DNA of 64,000 bases from Podarcis liolepis (lineage: Eukaryota), in the NCBI GenBank assembly GCA_965112155.1, contig OZ218103.1. One strand, given 5' to 3'. The notes below the pieces were generated by a model. That model ran no database searches. It was not told the DNA's origin and saw nothing but the letters and a program-made list of their open reading frames with translations. Both the position numbers and the translations under genes were made by a program. The stretch's first letter is position 1. Every line of letters begins with the position of its first letter. Shown here in pieces: positions 62,260 to 64,000 of this stretch.

Positions 62260-64000
62260 TATCATCATTTATTGAATATTATCTCTGTACCTGCTGAACT
62301 AAAACAGTGCTGTTTTAAAAGCAGGACTATTAATAGGCTTTTATTTATTTACTTTCTTTCTTTTATTATACTTTGCTCTTCATCCAAGAAGTTCAGAGCT
62401 TTGTAAAGATGGTTTTCAGGTGGTGTCCCACCCATGTACTTGTTTAGGAAAAGACCCTTTTAATTTTAGCAGTTATCACGTGCCTTCAAACTATTCTTCC
62501 TCACGCATTCTATAATGCAAATGCTAATGATCCTTTTGGGAGGGAAGGTATCATTTTTCATTTTACCAGACATTGCTGCATTGTAGCTGATGTGTTGGTG
62601 CAAAATTCAGCCTTGTTCAAGAAGAGATTTATCTTCTTGGAGTAGTCTTACAGTCTGAGCCTTTAAGCCACTATATGTATTGAGTCGTACCCATGACACC
62701 TAATGTCATTCTGTAGAACTGAGTTGCCAATCTTTATCCTTGATTGCCAGTTGAGTCCAGAGAAGGCAGTTTTTTCTCAACAAAGCTGCACGTTGTACGC
62801 AGACAAATAGTATTTATTTTCCCCATCATGTTCATTGCATTAATGATACTGTAAATCACATTATTAAAATGTTTTAAAAAACACTGTACATAATGCACAA
62901 AATTTAAATCAGTGGCTTGGCCTGTACACCCTCCACATTGCAGAACACTCCTGAGAGTCAGGCGACGGACCCCTCTTGCATAGTGTGGAATGTGGTGCAG
63001 AGGGAATCAGTGTCACTTGTGACTTATACCAATTCTCCCTTGCCATTGCACCCCCTACAACACAACTCATGCCAATCAGGAAGATTAATCTGTATGTGCA
63101 ATATTTATCATGATTGAACAGTAAAAAAACAAAACCATTTGGCTTGATCATTGGCATATGGTATACACAGATTGCACAACATAGTAGTCCGGTGGCAAAA
63201 TCTGATTCTAGCTATTTCACAGTATGGCTGAGGATTTGACAGGAGGTAAAATACTCCTGTGGTTAAACAGGATTTCTTCCTTCATTCTTGAAGTTCTCAC
63301 TGGCATATAAGAAGTGTGCATCATAGAGCAGGTACATCATTCATATTCACACAACTATAAGGACAGTGTTTCATTTTTTAAAATTTCTCCTTTCATCATC
63401 TCAAGCAACACGGCTGATAGAAACGTGTGCAGAGGAAACATGGCACAGCAATTTATTTGAGATATGCCAGTATAGATAATATTGGAAGTGATGCTCCCAC
63501 TCCTACTTTTTAGATCATAATTAAAAATGGCAGCTTATAATTCTGTATAGCAGCATGTAGGACTCCTTGGTATTTTTTGAAAGAAACATTACAGGCTGAA
63601 TCATCCAACTGAGCACTTTTCCTCATGGTACAATTTCTGTTGTTCGTGGAACACAACACGGAAGCTAGAACCTCACCGAAATAAGCCATAGCCACTTCCT
63701 TTCTCTCCAAAGGGGCAAGCCGTTTCTTTCAAAATGTGATTGTTTCATAGTAAGTGAGATAATCTTGCATGCTATGCTTCCCCTTCCTGTTTGAAGCCTG
63801 GAGTGTGGCAATAGGAGTTCTGCCACATCAGTAGCAGAGGGCATTGCGATGTGGCACCACCACTCCTGCTCTCCAATTGGGCTGTGTCACTGCTGCTTAC
63901 CAGGAGGCAGAGGAGGAGGAGTTAGGCAGCAGTGAGCTGGTACAGTGCCCAACACACTGGAGGAACCAATCCAGTTCTCCCGCCAGTGTCTCTGTAGTGT

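Noticed and set aside
1-64000. The many 60-150 aa ORFs in the track outside the listed exons, including antisense 30780..31202 and 43464..43745
   Set aside because: No recognisable domains, often low-complexity or repeat-derived, at the density expected by chance. Antisense ones are shadows of real exons.

Overview
This is eukaryotic (vertebrate) genomic DNA, most likely from a squamate reptile and probably a lacertid-type lizard, judging by Sauria-type and Squam3-type SINEs. The whole window is the interior of one + strand gene, ADGRL2 (latrophilin-2, an adhesion GPCR). Fifteen coding exons can be placed with GT-AG boundaries and consistent phases (2,948 nt, open throughout). They encode the rhamnose-binding lectin (RBL), a 12/15-nt linker microexon, olfactomedin (OLF), Ser/Thr/Pro linker, hormone-receptor motif (HRM), the GAIN domain (with a 39-nt cassette exon and an intact GPS HL|T site plus TNFAILM tethered agonist) and TM1 to mid-TM5. 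The start codon/signal peptide exon lies upstream and the rest of the 7TM and C-tail lie downstream. Introns carry Sauria and tRNA/CR1-tailed SINEs, CR1 and L2-like fragments, hAT-type and Tc1/mariner-type MITEs, microsatellites, a 157-N gap and several enhancer-like patches. Most ORF-track entries are chance intronic ORFs. I found no prokaryote-style system (CRISPR, operon, intact transposase) and nothing I can call a new biological system. The best leads are splicing-regulatory architecture (a NAGNAG microexon, and QKI/MBNL/RBFOX motif clusters around the 39-nt exon), a tandem MITE insertion with a triple target-site duplication, and a few long hairpins. Comparisons with human ADGRL2 and repeat consensuses are from memory, not from a search.
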